A stretch of 64,000 bases of DNA from Polyangiaceae bacterium (GTDB taxonomy: Bacteria; Myxococcota_A; Polyangia; Polyangiales; Polyangiaceae): contig JAXLYR010000002.1 in the NCBI GenBank assembly GCA_046351325.1, positions 752,334 through 816,333 on the forward strand, read 5' to 3'. The position numbers and the translations under genes were made by a program. Position 1 is the first letter of the stretch. Each line of letters starts with the position of its first letter. The notes beneath the pieces were generated by a model. That model did not search any database. It saw only the letters and a list, made by a program, of their open reading frames with translations, and was not told the origin of the DNA. Below, in pieces: positions 18,056 through 27,644 of this stretch.

Positions 18056-20077
18056 TCACGGGTCGAGCGGGTCCCGGATATTGATTCGAAGGACACGCGG
18101 GTGAGGGACGAGGACGGCGTGCATGCGCTTATCGAGCTTCTTGTAGAAGTCCTTGTTCGCAAGGTAGCGCTTGCGTAGCCGCGCCCAGGCGTCCTTGTCG
18201 AGCTGGTCCATCTCTTCGTCGTTCGTCCCATAAGGTCCCGACTCGCAGAACGTGCAGAACTCGCTCGAGTCGCCGATGAACCAGTGCGGTCGGTAGCCAA
18301 GCTCCGTCTTGCAGCGGGAGTTGTATTGAGACCACCACGGAGACTGGAAGTAGAAGGCTTGGTCATCCATGAGGGGGATGACGCCGATCATCGCCGCGAG
18401 CGCCCCGCCTGCCATCATGACCGCACCAGCCGTCATGACCTCGTCTGCGTCATCGTTGCCCTTCATAATCGTTTGGGAGGCGATGACCATGGCCGTGCCC
18501 GCCACCCCCATGGCGCCCGCGGCCACGGTGCCGACGATTGCACCCGTATCGATGCTTTTCGCCTCGCCCCCGGTGGTGATCAAGTAGGGCCCATGGAGCC
18601 CGTAGGCCATCAACAGGCGACTTGCGTTCCGCAAGTTCGTCGTGCTGTGGCGAGCGCGCGGCTCGCGAATGACGAACCGTGCGGGGGCGCCCTCGATGTC
18701 CGAGTCGGGAGACAGCGCGTACTTGCGCATGAGCTCTGCTTCGGTCTGGTCGGTCCCGAGCGGATACACCCCGCCGCCGCTCATCACCACGAACGGCGCG
18801 AGCTGGGTCGGCGGTACGCCCGCAATATCCGTGAAGGTCTGCAGGTCCTTGAGGGCTTGGTCGACGCGCCTGGCGCCCTCCTCGGAGACGTATTTCGAGA
18901 CCTCGTCGCTGCTGAGGGCGGTGTAGCCGGGGACGATCACCGCGTCGAAGGGCTGGGGGTACGGGTCGCTGACGATCTGTCGTGGCCCGCCACCAGGGCG
19001 CACGTGGACGGCACGTGGCTCGCCCCCGAGACCATGCATGGCCGCGTAGCTCTTGAGCGCTTGCTCGACCTCACTGTCACGCGGCCAGGGGTCGCCCGCC
19101 ACCGAGCGCACGATGAGGTCGCGCAAGACCTCTCCAGCTTTGGTCAGTCGCTCCTCACCATATTCGTAGGCGGTCTCCTCCGCCGCGGGCGGTGGCTCGG
19201 CGTAGTTATGACAGTAGGTGTCGTCGTCGAGCGCCTCGGTGAGGAGTAGCGCGAACATCATCGTGCCGCTGATGACAGTCGGCTTCTTGGTCGGTATCGG
19301 TAAGCTTACCGTCTTGACACTGGACGCTACGCCCGAGAGGCGCCCGAGTTCCCCTGGCACCTCCCCAGGTGAAACATAGGCCTTCACAGCGTCGAGTCGC
19401 GCATACTCCAGAAGGATGGCGCGCAGGAACGCGGCGCGCAGCGGCATGCAATAGTAGAGAAAACCGTGCCGATACACCCGCCCGTCCGCGAGCGCGCCGC
19501 CGTATTCTCCACCCGCCCCGAGGATCGCCAACCATGCAAGACAGTCCTGGTCGCGGGTGATGGGGCCCTGCCACTCCGGATTGGATAGATACGTCCCGGG
19601 CGTGGCATCTGCCTCGAATACCAAGCTGCGAGAGCTCTCGATTGCATTCTTCGGGTTGGGAGAGGATACGAGCCGCGCGAACTTCCACGACGTGGCGGAC
19701 GAGAGCGTCCCGGAGAGGTCCGCGGGGCGGAAGCCGTAGAGCCTTCCCAGGTGAGCCAGCCGGTCGGTTGAGACGGCGTCGGCGGTCTCGGCGTTTGCCC
19801 GACCGAGCCAATCGGCGATCTCGAGCCCGGTATCGTGGTTCGGGGCTACGCGAAAGAGCCACGCGTCCACTCGCTCACGGATATGGGCGATTGCGGCGTC
19901 GCGCGTCGAGTCGTCAGCGGCCCGCGCGTATGCGTCGACTGCGCTAGCGAGGGGAGGCAGGTCCCTATTGGTGACTTCCGTCATGGGGGTGGGCGGTGTC
20001 GTGTGCGCGTACGAGCTGAGACCCGGGAATGGCCGATCGCCAGCCCCATTGCGGGAAGAGACCACAGTTCGACCCAC
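18056..20077 (-). CDS. Membrane protein with DUF218 (YdcF/ElyC/SanA-like) domain and Cys-containing C-terminal domain
   Basis: DUF218-like block DAVIVPGYTALSSDEV…FVVMSGGGVYP…TEAELMRKYAL…STTNLRNAS. Gly/Ala/Met-rich TM segments (AIVGTVAAGAMGVAGTAMVIAS…). C-terminal WFIGDSSEFCTFCESGPYG. Start uncertain (GTG 20077 or ATG 19984). Confidence 0.55.
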   Translation of the reverse strand: MGRTVVSSRNGAGDRPFPGLSSYAHTTPPTPMTEVTNRDLPPLASAVDAYARAADDSTRDAAIAHIRERVDAWLFRVAPNHDTGLEIADWLGRANAETADAVSTDRLAHLGRLYGFRPADLSGTLSSATSWKFARLVSSPNPKNAIESSRSLVFEADATPGTYLSNPEWQGPITRDQDCLAWLAILGAGGEYGGALADGRVYRHGFLYYCMPLRAAFLRAILLEYARLDAVKAYVSPGEVPGELGRLSGVASSVKTVSLPIPTKKPTVISGTMMFALLLTEALDDDTYCHNYAEPPPAAEETAYEYGEERLTKAGEVLRDLIVRSVAGDPWPRDSEVEQALKSYAAMHGLGGEPRAVHVRPGGGPRQIVSDPYPQPFDAVIVPGYTALSSDEVSKYVSEEGARRVDQALKDLQTFTDIAGVPPTQLAPFVVMSGGGVYPLGTDQTEAELMRKYALSPDSDIEGAPARFVIREPRARHSTTNLRNASRLLMAYGLHGPYLITTGGEAKSIDTGAIVGTVAAGAMGVAGTAMVIASQTIMKGNDDADEVMTAGAVMMAGGALAAMIGVIPLMDDQAFYFQSPWWSQYNSRCKTELGYRPHWFIGDSSEFCTFCESGPYGTNDEEMDQLDKDAWARLRKRYLANKDFYKKLDKRMHAVLVPHPRVLRINIRDPLDP

Positions 20078-20197
20078 TCGTCGACAGGCAGCTCACGCGA
20101 ATGCCCCGCACGTCCGTCGAGCCCGGCCCCATCGGGCTCGGTCGCGGACGTTGTGACATGACTATCGATGAAGCTACGGTGCTGTAATCGACGGGCC

Positions 20198-22561
20198 TCA
20201 GGGCGCGGCGGGGACATTCGTGTAAGGCACGAAGGCGCGGCACTGCTGCCCGCGGAGCGACGGACAAGGCGGTAGCGACGTCGGCGAAGTGACATTTGTC
20301 AGCACGGGCAGGACGATGCTCGACGGGTGCTCGACGGACGCGCCGATGTCGTAGGCGACGGCGCTCGGGAATTGTTTGAGGTCAAACCGCCACTCGGCGC
20401 GGCTGTCTCCTGGCGTGTCGACGGAGATGCGGATGCGCGAGCCCGCGCGGAAGACGTGGCTGAAGCCGGCGATGCCGACGCGCACGAGCGTCCACTCGCC
20501 GGGGACGAGCAGAGCCTCGTCGGACTGGCGATAGGTGTGCTCCGGCCAGAGCTCCGTTGCCTCCGGGGCGAGGGCGCGCAGGCTCGCGCGGAGCCAGCCG
20601 CTCTGGACGTACATCTCCTGGCCGTCGGGGCGTACCTCGGTGAGGTTGACCTCGAGGTCGGCGTCGTCGACGGGCGCGCGCACCCAGAGATCCACGCTGC
20701 CCGAGCCGAGCATGACGGCGTCGGAGGGGAGGGGCTCCGAGAGCAGCACGACGGCGCTGCCGTCGGGGATGGCGCCCCACGCATAGTCGGGGAGCGGATC
20801 CCAGACGTTGCCGCCGCTCGCGAGGATGCCGCGCTGGCCAGCGTCGGGGTCGAGGTCGAAGCTGAACGCCGTGTTCGAGGTCGCGGGGGCGCTCGGCCCG
20901 AGCGAGCCGTCAGGTTGGAAGAAGAAGCGCGTCGCGGTCGCGGGCGGGGGCCAGCTCGAGAACTGCTCCTCGAAGCCGCCGACGGGCGCGCCCAAGTCGC
21001 CTTGTCCGCCGTCCTCGAAGATGGCGCGGAGCGGTGGCTCGGCCTCGTAGACCGCGCGCGCGGCCGCGGCGCTCGGCTGGTCCGCGAGCCGATCGGGGGG
21101 CATCGAGAGGTCGAGCTGGAAGATCTGCTGGAAGACGGCGGGCGCGATCGTGCGGACGCTGTCGCTCACGCCGGGGATGGCGTCGGCGACGTAGAGGTCG
21201 AGGAACGTCTTCCACTCGACGAGGACCTGGGGCGAGAAGCCGTCGACGTGAACACCGTTGTAAGTAGTGAGGCGCTTGACAGGCGCGTTTACGAGCTTGT
21301 CGAGGAGGGTGAAGAAGAAGGGACCCGTCTGTTCGTCTTGCCAGGCGCCGGCGAGGAACACGGGGACGTGGATGTCACCGGCGAAGCGGGACGGGTCGAC
21401 GCGACCGACGAGCTCGTCGGTGTAATAGGCGCTGTCGTGCGCTTGGGAGACGACATCGACCTTCTGTCCGTGGAGGAGCTGGTTCTCCTCGCAGATGGTG
21501 TCGCCCGCGTCGACGAGGCCCTGCTCCCAGCCCTGACCGTAGGGGCCGGCGCGGTCGAGGACGTTGCTGATCCACGCGAGGGCGAAGCCGTCGTTGAAGA
21601 TGCCGCCCGGACGACCCGTCGAGTAGGTGCCGCCGATGACTGACAGCGGTGTAATCGCTGCGAGGCTCGGGGGCTGGGTCTTCGCCACGAAGAGCTGCGT
21701 GATGCCGGGGTAAGAGAGGCCGACCATCCCGACCTTGTGGCCGCGGACCCAGTCCTGGGCGGCGACGGTCTCGACGATGTCGTAGCCGTCGAGGAGCTGC
21801 AGGTCTTCGAAGTAGTCGTAAGCGCCGCCGGAGCAGCCCGTCCCGCGCATGTTTACGCTTACGGTCGCGTAACCCATGAGCGACCCGAGGAACGCGCTCG
21901 GGTCGGTCGGAGCGTCGCAGAGCACGGGATACGTGGGGCAGAGCGCCTCGTAACCGTCAATCGGGGCGCCCGGCTTCGCCGGGTCGTAGCCCGAGTAATT
22001 GATGACAGTCGGGTAAGGGCCGTCCTCGGGAGGGCCAGGCAATGTAATGTAGGCCGCGAGTTTGGTGCCGTCTCTCGTGGTGATATAGCCATATCCAGGC
22101 ACGAGGGTCTGACCCTGATAGAAGCTCGCGGCCGGCTGACTGTCGGGGATGCTGAGCACCGTGACGGGCGACACAGTCGCCTGCGAGTCGACCTCTACAA
22201 CGGAGTAACCCTCGGCGGGGGGGACCTTGCGGAAGACGAAGCTCCCGAGGTCGTCGGTCGTGGCGCTGGCGACGACGTCGCCGCTCGATGCGCGGAGCTC
22301 GAGCGCGGCGCTGGGCGTCGCGCGCCATACCTGAACCTGCTCGACGCTGCCGCGAACCTGAAAGGCGGGCTCGACTGCACCGCCCGAGCCACCCGCGCCG
22401 CCGGTGCCGTTCTGGGTTCCGCCGCCGACGCCGCCCTCACCGCCGCCGCCTGTCGCTGGGTCCGAGCCGCAGCCCAACAGGAACAAGCCAGTAACCGAGA
22501 GGCAGCGCACGTAACGGCAATTCATCGCGCGCAGCCTGCTCCTGATTCTCCCTGGGAGCAA
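20198..22561 (-). CDS. CocE/NonD-family hydrolase (X-Pro dipeptidyl-peptidase S15-like) lipoprotein
   Basis: ITTRDGTKLAAYITLPG…YPTVINYSGYDP…VGMVGLSYPGITQ (nucleophile elbow). Lipobox LFLLGCGSD plus Gly-rich linker; probable start at internal ATG 22525. Confidence 0.75.
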   Translation of the reverse strand: MLPGRIRSRLRAMNCRYVRCLSVTGLFLLGCGSDPATGGGGEGGVGGGTQNGTGGAGGSGGAVEPAFQVRGSVEQVQVWRATPSAALELRASSGDVVASATTDDLGSFVFRKVPPAEGYSVVEVDSQATVSPVTVLSIPDSQPAASFYQGQTLVPGYGYITTRDGTKLAAYITLPGPPEDGPYPTVINYSGYDPAKPGAPIDGYEALCPTYPVLCDAPTDPSAFLGSLMGYATVSVNMRGTGCSGGAYDYFEDLQLLDGYDIVETVAAQDWVRGHKVGMVGLSYPGITQLFVAKTQPPSLAAITPLSVIGGTYSTGRPGGIFNDGFALAWISNVLDRAGPYGQGWEQGLVDAGDTICEENQLLHGQKVDVVSQAHDSAYYTDELVGRVDPSRFAGDIHVPVFLAGAWQDEQTGPFFFTLLDKLVNAPVKRLTTYNGVHVDGFSPQVLVEWKTFLDLYVADAIPGVSDSVRTIAPAVFQQIFQLDLSMPPDRLADQPSAAAARAVYEAEPPLRAIFEDGGQGDLGAPVGGFEEQFSSWPPPATATRFFFQPDGSLGPSAPATSNTAFSFDLDPDAGQRGILASGGNVWDPLPDYAWGAIPDGSAVVLLSEPLPSDAVMLGSGSVDLWVRAPVDDADLEVNLTEVRPDGQEMYVQSGWLRASLRALAPEATELWPEHTYRQSDEALLVPGEWTLVRVGIAGFSHVFRAGSRIRISVDTPGDSRAEWRFDLKQFPSAVAYDIGASVEHPSSIVLPVLTNVTSPTSLPPCPSLRGQQCRAFVPYTNVPAAP

Positions 22562-22583
22562 CGCTGTTAGCCTGGGTGCCAGG

Positions 22584-23075
22584 ATGGTGCTCGACGACGC
22601 CGCGGCCGAAATCTGGCGAGGACCGACTGGCCAAGTCGCCGTTTGGATGCTCGCGCCTCAGGTCATCGTGACGCGAGTCGACGGGAACATTCAGATGGAG
22701 GGCCTGCGGTTTTATACGAGCCGCGCCGATCGCCTCATCCTGCGTGAGGGGCGCCTCCACGTCTTCCATCATTGGGGTGGGGTTACGACGTGGGAGAGCG
22801 ACGTGCGTGACGAGCTCCGCCATTGGGCGAAGGGTCACGAGGGACGCCTCGTCGGCACGCACTTCCTCGTGCGGTCGCGGGTGCTCTCGATGGCGATCGA
22901 GGTCGCGGCGCTCGCGCTCGGTCGCAAGCTGCACGCGCATCGCTCGGAGGCGACGTTCTTCGCCGAGCTCGAGAACGTGCTCGGCAAGCGCGCGAGCGTG
23001 CCCCCGCCGGCGCCGCACGCGCCGGCCGGGATCCCCCGAATCACCTCGCGGAGCGGGCTGAAGCCGCGCTCCTGA
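22584..23075 (+). CDS. Hypothetical protein
   Basis: 163-aa ORF with genome-typical GC3 bias, divergent from the CocE gene; no family recognised. Confidence 0.35.
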   Translation: MVLDDAAAEIWRGPTGQVAVWMLAPQVIVTRVDGNIQMEGLRFYTSRADRLILREGRLHVFHHWGGVTTWESDVRDELRHWAKGHEGRLVGTHFLVRSRVLSMAIEVAALALGRKLHAHRSEATFFAELENVLGKRASVPPPAPHAPAGIPRITSRSGLKPRS

Positions 23076-23101
23076 CAGGGTGCTAAGAAATTAGCACCCT
23101 G
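23076..23101. terminator. Perfect 10-bp inverted repeat hairpin (CAGGGTGCTA-agaaat-TAGCACCCTG) between convergent genes
   Basis: Directly read: stem 23076-23085 / 23092-23101, 6-nt loop; sits 1 nt after the stop of 22584..23075 and 8 nt before the stop of the minus-strand lipoprotein. Confidence 0.5.
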
Positions 23102-23108
23102 CTGGCCT

Positions 23109-24083
23109 TCACCACGAGAAGGTGGAGGAGGCCTTCTCCGTGAAGATGCCGGCGACGGAGCCCTTGTCGCCCTCGAAGGCCAAGTCGACCGTGCCCTGCA
23201 TGTCCATCTTGACGGGGACGCCGCCGTCGAGCCGGAGATCGATCGTGCCGGTGACCTCACCCTTCGCGTGGCCCATCGGCGCGTCGCCCTCTTTGCTGAT
23301 GTGCACCTCGAGGGTCGCGACCTTCTTGCCGTCGACCTCGCCGATCGACTTCACCTTGATGGTGACCGTCTGCTTGACGTTCTTCTCGTCCTCTTTGACG
23401 TTGGTCTCGGCGAGGACCTTGCCGAGGTCGTCGAGTGAGTCGCCGACCTTCACCTTGTCGGGGAGCGAGCTGATGACCTTCTTGTCTTTGCCGGCGACGT
23501 CGTAGTCGTTCTTCAGCAGCTCGATCTCGTCTTTGCTGGCGGGGCTGCCGTCCTCGAGCGTGATGTCCGGGGTGCCGTCCTTCGGGACGATCATGAAGGT
23601 CTTGCCCTGGGTCGGCAGCGTCTTCGTCTCTTCTTTGCCGTCCTGAACGAGGCGCTGCTCGTGCTGCTCGACGGTTACCTTGAACTTCGTACAAGCGTTG
23701 TCATCGACGCCCACGCACTCCTCGACGACCTTGAGCGTCTTGGTCTCCGCCACCTTGTGCTCGACGTCTTTGCCATCCTTCTTCTCGAGGATGGTCATGT
23801 TGTTCATCTTCTCGTTCGTGCGCGTCTCCTTGTCGCCGACGGCCGCGAAGTGCTTGGTCAGCGCGACGCCTTCGTCCTTCGGCGCCTCGACGGGGGGCGC
23901 ACTGGCCGTGGGCTTCACCGCGGCAGGCGAGCTGGCGGCCGGCGCGGGCGCGCTCGCCTTGGTGGTGCTGGAGGCGCTCGCGTCCTTCTTGGCCGACGCC
24001 GAGCTCGCACCATTGTTGGCGTTGCCGCAGGCGAAGAGCCCGAGCAGGGAGAGCGCGACGGCGACGTTCTTGAACACACTCAT
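23109..24083 (-). CDS. Lys/Glu-rich lipoprotein, unknown function
   Basis: MSVFKNVAVALSLLGLFACGNANN lipobox; Ala/Ser/Pro-rich linker. Confidence 0.6.
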   Translation of the reverse strand: MSVFKNVAVALSLLGLFACGNANNGASSASAKKDASASSTTKASAPAPAASSPAAVKPTASAPPVEAPKDEGVALTKHFAAVGDKETRTNEKMNNMTILEKKDGKDVEHKVAETKTLKVVEECVGVDDNACTKFKVTVEQHEQRLVQDGKEETKTLPTQGKTFMIVPKDGTPDITLEDGSPASKDEIELLKNDYDVAGKDKKVISSLPDKVKVGDSLDDLGKVLAETNVKEDEKNVKQTVTIKVKSIGEVDGKKVATLEVHISKEGDAPMGHAKGEVTGTIDLRLDGGVPVKMDMQGTVDLAFEGDKGSVAGIFTEKASSTFSW

Positions 24084-24189
24084 GGGTTGGCTTCCTTGGT
24101 ATTGGAAGGCCGCCTGCTAGCAGAGGCTCACGCAGCACGAAAGGGCCGATGCACCCAACGTCGTCGGTGCGGAATCGCAGCCATTCACG

Positions 24190-25056
24190 CTAGGGATTCG
24201 TACCGAGCGCCGCTTGCTTCAGGCGTTTGGCGGTGACCGCTGCGCGGTCGGAGTCGTCTTCGTCGCCGACCATCATGCTGGCGGTCGCGCGCATCTCCCA
24301 ACCCCAAGCGTCGTTCGGGTCGGCGGCGGTCAGGCGACGCGTGACGACGGCGCACTCGTCGAAGCGGTAGCCCGACATGAGCGCGTACGCGAGCTGTCGG
24401 TCGTCACCGGATTGCGTCATCGCGGTCACCGTCGCGTCCTGCTCGTCCCAGAAGGACTGCGGGTACTCCTCGAGCGAGTCGGGCAAGAGCGGCCAGTACT
24501 GGAAGCGGACCATGACCCAGCGACCGTCGCGGAGGGCGAGGTCGATGACCTCGTGGAGCGCGGTCGTCCTGTTGCCGTTCGATGCGGTGAACACCACGTC
24601 GTGCTCGAGGTGCGCCTCGTTGTTGTGAGCGACCGTCGTCACCGGGTTCATGAAGCTCACGGATTCGCTGCGCGCGGTCTGCCTGGTCGCGGCGCGGTAG
24701 ATCACGGCGACTCGGTCTCGCCCGAACTGACTGTCGAACGGGGAGGGGATCGAGCTGCGCGAGGCGACAGCGACGAGATCGGTCGCGAGCATCGCGATGA
24801 ACGGTCGCGGCTCACGTCGCTCGAGGGCGGAGCGCTCCGCGCTCGTGACGAACTGACGGATGCGGGCTGGGTCCGTGGGAGCTTGGGCTCGCGCGGCGGT
24901 CGGGTGGAGCGCGACGGCGGACGCTGGCGGTGTGGCGCTCGTCGCGCCGCCACCGGCCTGGCCGCGTGCGGGCTCGGCCGCTGGTGGACCGGAGTGGCAG
25001 CCGACGAAGAAGCCCAGCGTGAGCGGCGCGAGGACCCGAGCGACGTACGCGTTCAT
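24190..25056 (-). CDS. Lipoprotein, unknown function
   Basis: Internal start MNAYVARVLAPLTLGFFVGCHSG (lipobox); remainder has no recognised domain. Confidence 0.5.
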   Translation of the reverse strand: MNAYVARVLAPLTLGFFVGCHSGPPAAEPARGQAGGGATSATPPASAVALHPTAARAQAPTDPARIRQFVTSAERSALERREPRPFIAMLATDLVAVASRSSIPSPFDSQFGRDRVAVIYRAATRQTARSESVSFMNPVTTVAHNNEAHLEHDVVFTASNGNRTTALHEVIDLALRDGRWVMVRFQYWPLLPDSLEEYPQSFWDEQDATVTAMTQSGDDRQLAYALMSGYRFDECAVVTRRLTAADPNDAWGWEMRATASMMVGDEDDSDRAAVTAKRLKQAALGTNP

Positions 25057-25135
25057 GAGACGCCGCGCAGCATGCTGAACACCCAGCGAGAGCGCAACGT
25101 GCGCGGTCTGGCGACGCCGTCGATATGCTGCACAC

Positions 25136-26521
25136 GTGATGGCGCTCCCTCCCAGCCCCAAGCTCTCGCGTGCCGAGACGACCCTGCGTTGGTTCCGTGA
25201 GCCGTACGCGTTCCTCGACGAGTGCCGCGCTCGGCACGGAGAGGTCTTCTCGTTTCGGCTGCTCGGGGCGCCGCCTTTTGTCGTGTTCTCCCACCCGGAT
25301 CACGTGCGGCAGATCTTCTCGGACGACGGCTCGACGATGGCGGCGGGCGCGTTCAACCGCACGCTCGCGCCGCTGCTCGGAGACCGGAGCGTGCTCATGG
25401 CGGACGGTCGCGAGCACGTGCGGAAGCGCAAGCTGCTCCTGCCGCCGTTTCATGGCGAGCGCATGCACTCGTACGGGAGCGCCATGCTGGAGATCGCGGA
25501 CCGCGCGATCGAACGCCTACCGCGCGAGCGACCGTTCGCGATCCACCCGGTCATGCAGGACGTCACGCTCGAGGTCATCGTGCGGACCGTCTTCGGCATC
25601 CAAGCGGGGCCTCGCGCCGACGAGATGATGCGACGAACGAAGCGGATCCTCGAGCTCGGCGCGTGGGCGCCGCTGCTCCTGCCGTTCCTGCAGTTCGAGC
25701 TCTTCGGGCTCGCGCCGTACGGGCGCTTCAAGGCCGCCGTCGCGGCGGGCGATGCGGTGCTCTACGAGGAAATTCGCAGGCGCCGCGAGACCGGTGAGCG
25801 CGGCGAGGACATCCTGTCGCTGCTGCTCGACGCGAGGGACGATGCGGGCGCGATGCTCGAGCCGCCCGAGCTGCGCGACGAGCTCGTGACGCTGCTCGTC
25901 GCAGGGCACGAGACGACGGCGACCGCGCTCACGTGGGCGCTCCGGTGGCTGCTCGACCAGCCCGGTACTTACGCGGATGTACGCAACGCGGTGGACGCGC
26001 TCGGCGCCGACCCTTCGCCCGAAGACATCGCCAAATGCGAGCTCCTCGACGCAGCCGCGCGCGAGGCTCTGCGGCTCGTTCCGGTGATCCCGCTCGTCGG
26101 CCGCGTGCTCCTCGCGCCCGCGAGCGTCGGCGGTTACGACCTCGAGGCAGGCACGGTCGTCGTGTGCTCGATCTACCTCGCGCATCGGCGGCCCGAGGCC
26201 TTCCCGAACCCGACGCTCTTCGATCCGAGCCGATTCGTCGGGCGGAAGTTCTCGGCGTACGAGTTCTTCCCGTTCGGTGGGGGCATGCGCCGCTGCATCG
26301 GCATGGCGTTCGCGCTCTACGAGATGAAGCTCGTGCTCGCGAAGCTCCTCGCGCGGACCGAGCTGCGGCTCGCGGGGCCGAAGCGAGAGATCCGCATGGT
26401 GCGCCGCTCGATCACCATCACGCCCGAGGACGGCCTGCTCGTCACGATGCGCGAGCGTGCGCTCCGCTCGGCTGTGCGCGGGGCGGGGGAGACGGGCACG
26501 AGCCGCGAGGCTCGCGCTTGA
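25136..26521 (+). CDS. Cytochrome P450 monooxygenase
   Basis: Heme-binding loop FGGGMRRCIGMAFA (FxxGxRxCxG), ETLR/EALR K-helix motif, AGHETT I-helix; ~460 aa. Confidence 0.85.
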   Translation: MMALPPSPKLSRAETTLRWFREPYAFLDECRARHGEVFSFRLLGAPPFVVFSHPDHVRQIFSDDGSTMAAGAFNRTLAPLLGDRSVLMADGREHVRKRKLLLPPFHGERMHSYGSAMLEIADRAIERLPRERPFAIHPVMQDVTLEVIVRTVFGIQAGPRADEMMRRTKRILELGAWAPLLLPFLQFELFGLAPYGRFKAAVAAGDAVLYEEIRRRRETGERGEDILSLLLDARDDAGAMLEPPELRDELVTLLVAGHETTATALTWALRWLLDQPGTYADVRNAVDALGADPSPEDIAKCELLDAAAREALRLVPVIPLVGRVLLAPASVGGYDLEAGTVVVCSIYLAHRRPEAFPNPTLFDPSRFVGRKFSAYEFFPFGGGMRRCIGMAFALYEMKLVLAKLLARTELRLAGPKREIRMVRRSITITPEDGLLVTMRERALRSAVRGAGETGTSREARA

Positions 26522-27606
26522 ACCGACGAGCCTCGCCTGGGATCGGGCTCGTGGTTCTCGTGATCGCGGCGGGCTGCAAGGGCGAGCCGAAGAAGGGTGC
26601 GAACGCATCGAACACGCCGGACCGCCAGCTCGACAGCTATCTCGGCGAGCTCTCCGCGTGCCCGCTCGCGAGCGGCGGACTGCGGGTCGACTCCGCATGC
26701 CCGGAGGCCGTGCACCTCGTCGATTTCGGCAACGCAAACCGCGCCTGGATCGACGGCAACCCGCTCAAGATCGCCAAGATCGGCGAGAAGCACCTCGACT
26801 CTCCGTCGGTCTCGGTGCGCGTCGAGGCCGTGAGTTGGATCGGGCGCACGGTCGCCGCGAACGAGCGCTCTCGCACGGTCCTCGTCGAGCTCGCGAAGAC
26901 CGAGAAAGACGCGGCGGTGCTCACAGCCATCGCGCGCGCAGCGGGCCGCGCTCGCGTCGCCATGGCGCCCCTGCTCGAGACGCTCGCGCGTGGCTCCGAA
27001 CCGAAGGTGCGACGCGAGGCGATCTCGTCGTGGGTCGACCCGAGCGCCTCACCCGAGGCGGAGCTGCGCGGCCCGATCGCCGCCTTCGTCGCGGACAGCA
27101 CAGCGCCGCTCGATGCTCGCCGGCGCGCTTGCGAGCGAATCCGCGTGGGTGAAGACGCGGCGCTGCTCGAAGCCGTGAGCGGGCTGCTCGACGCCGACGC
27201 GACCCCGCGAGAGCTCTTCGCGAGCTGCTTTTACGGGCTCACGCTCTCGTTCGCAGGCGGCGTCAAACCACCGAGCGAGGGTTCGTATAACAAGGTTATA
27301 GGATGTCTCGAGAGCTGCCCGCGCTCGGGGCGCTACGACACCTCGCTCGGGCTGGTCGTCCTCGACGCGATTTTCACCGGCAAGCCCGACGCGGCGCCGC
27401 CGTCCTTCGTGGACCGAGCGCGCGTCGAGCGCGCGGCCGTCGCGATCGCGAAGGACGCGGCGGCGACGGCGGACCTCCGCGCCGCGGCGCTCGGTGTGCT
27501 CGGCGATCCCATGACCGCCACGGCGAAGACGGGCCTCTCGCTCTCCGAGATCCAAGCGATCACCGCGAGCGCCGCTGCGTCACCCCAGCCTTCGAACCCG
27601 GAGTGA
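26519..27606 (+). CDS. Alpha-helical (HEAT/ARM-like) lipoprotein, unknown function
   Basis: Frame switch relative to the long ORF-track entry; probable TTG start overlapping the P450 stop; signal plus lipobox LVVLVIAAGCKGEPKK; helical repeat character. Confidence 0.45.
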
Positions 27607-27644
27607 GGGGCAAGCCTCGCGCGCGAGCGGTATCATGCTCGGTC

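Noticed and set aside
17375-20077. Phage tail or eCIS (Afp/PVC-like) cluster, suggested by the LysM-VgrG adjacency
   Set aside because: No sheath, tube, baseplate wedge (gp6/gpJ-like) or tape-measure genes flank it. The evidence is insufficient, so it is kept only as a noted similarity.
25517-26737. 406-aa minus-strand ORF
   Set aside because: Antisense to the cytochrome P450 with its intact heme-binding loop.
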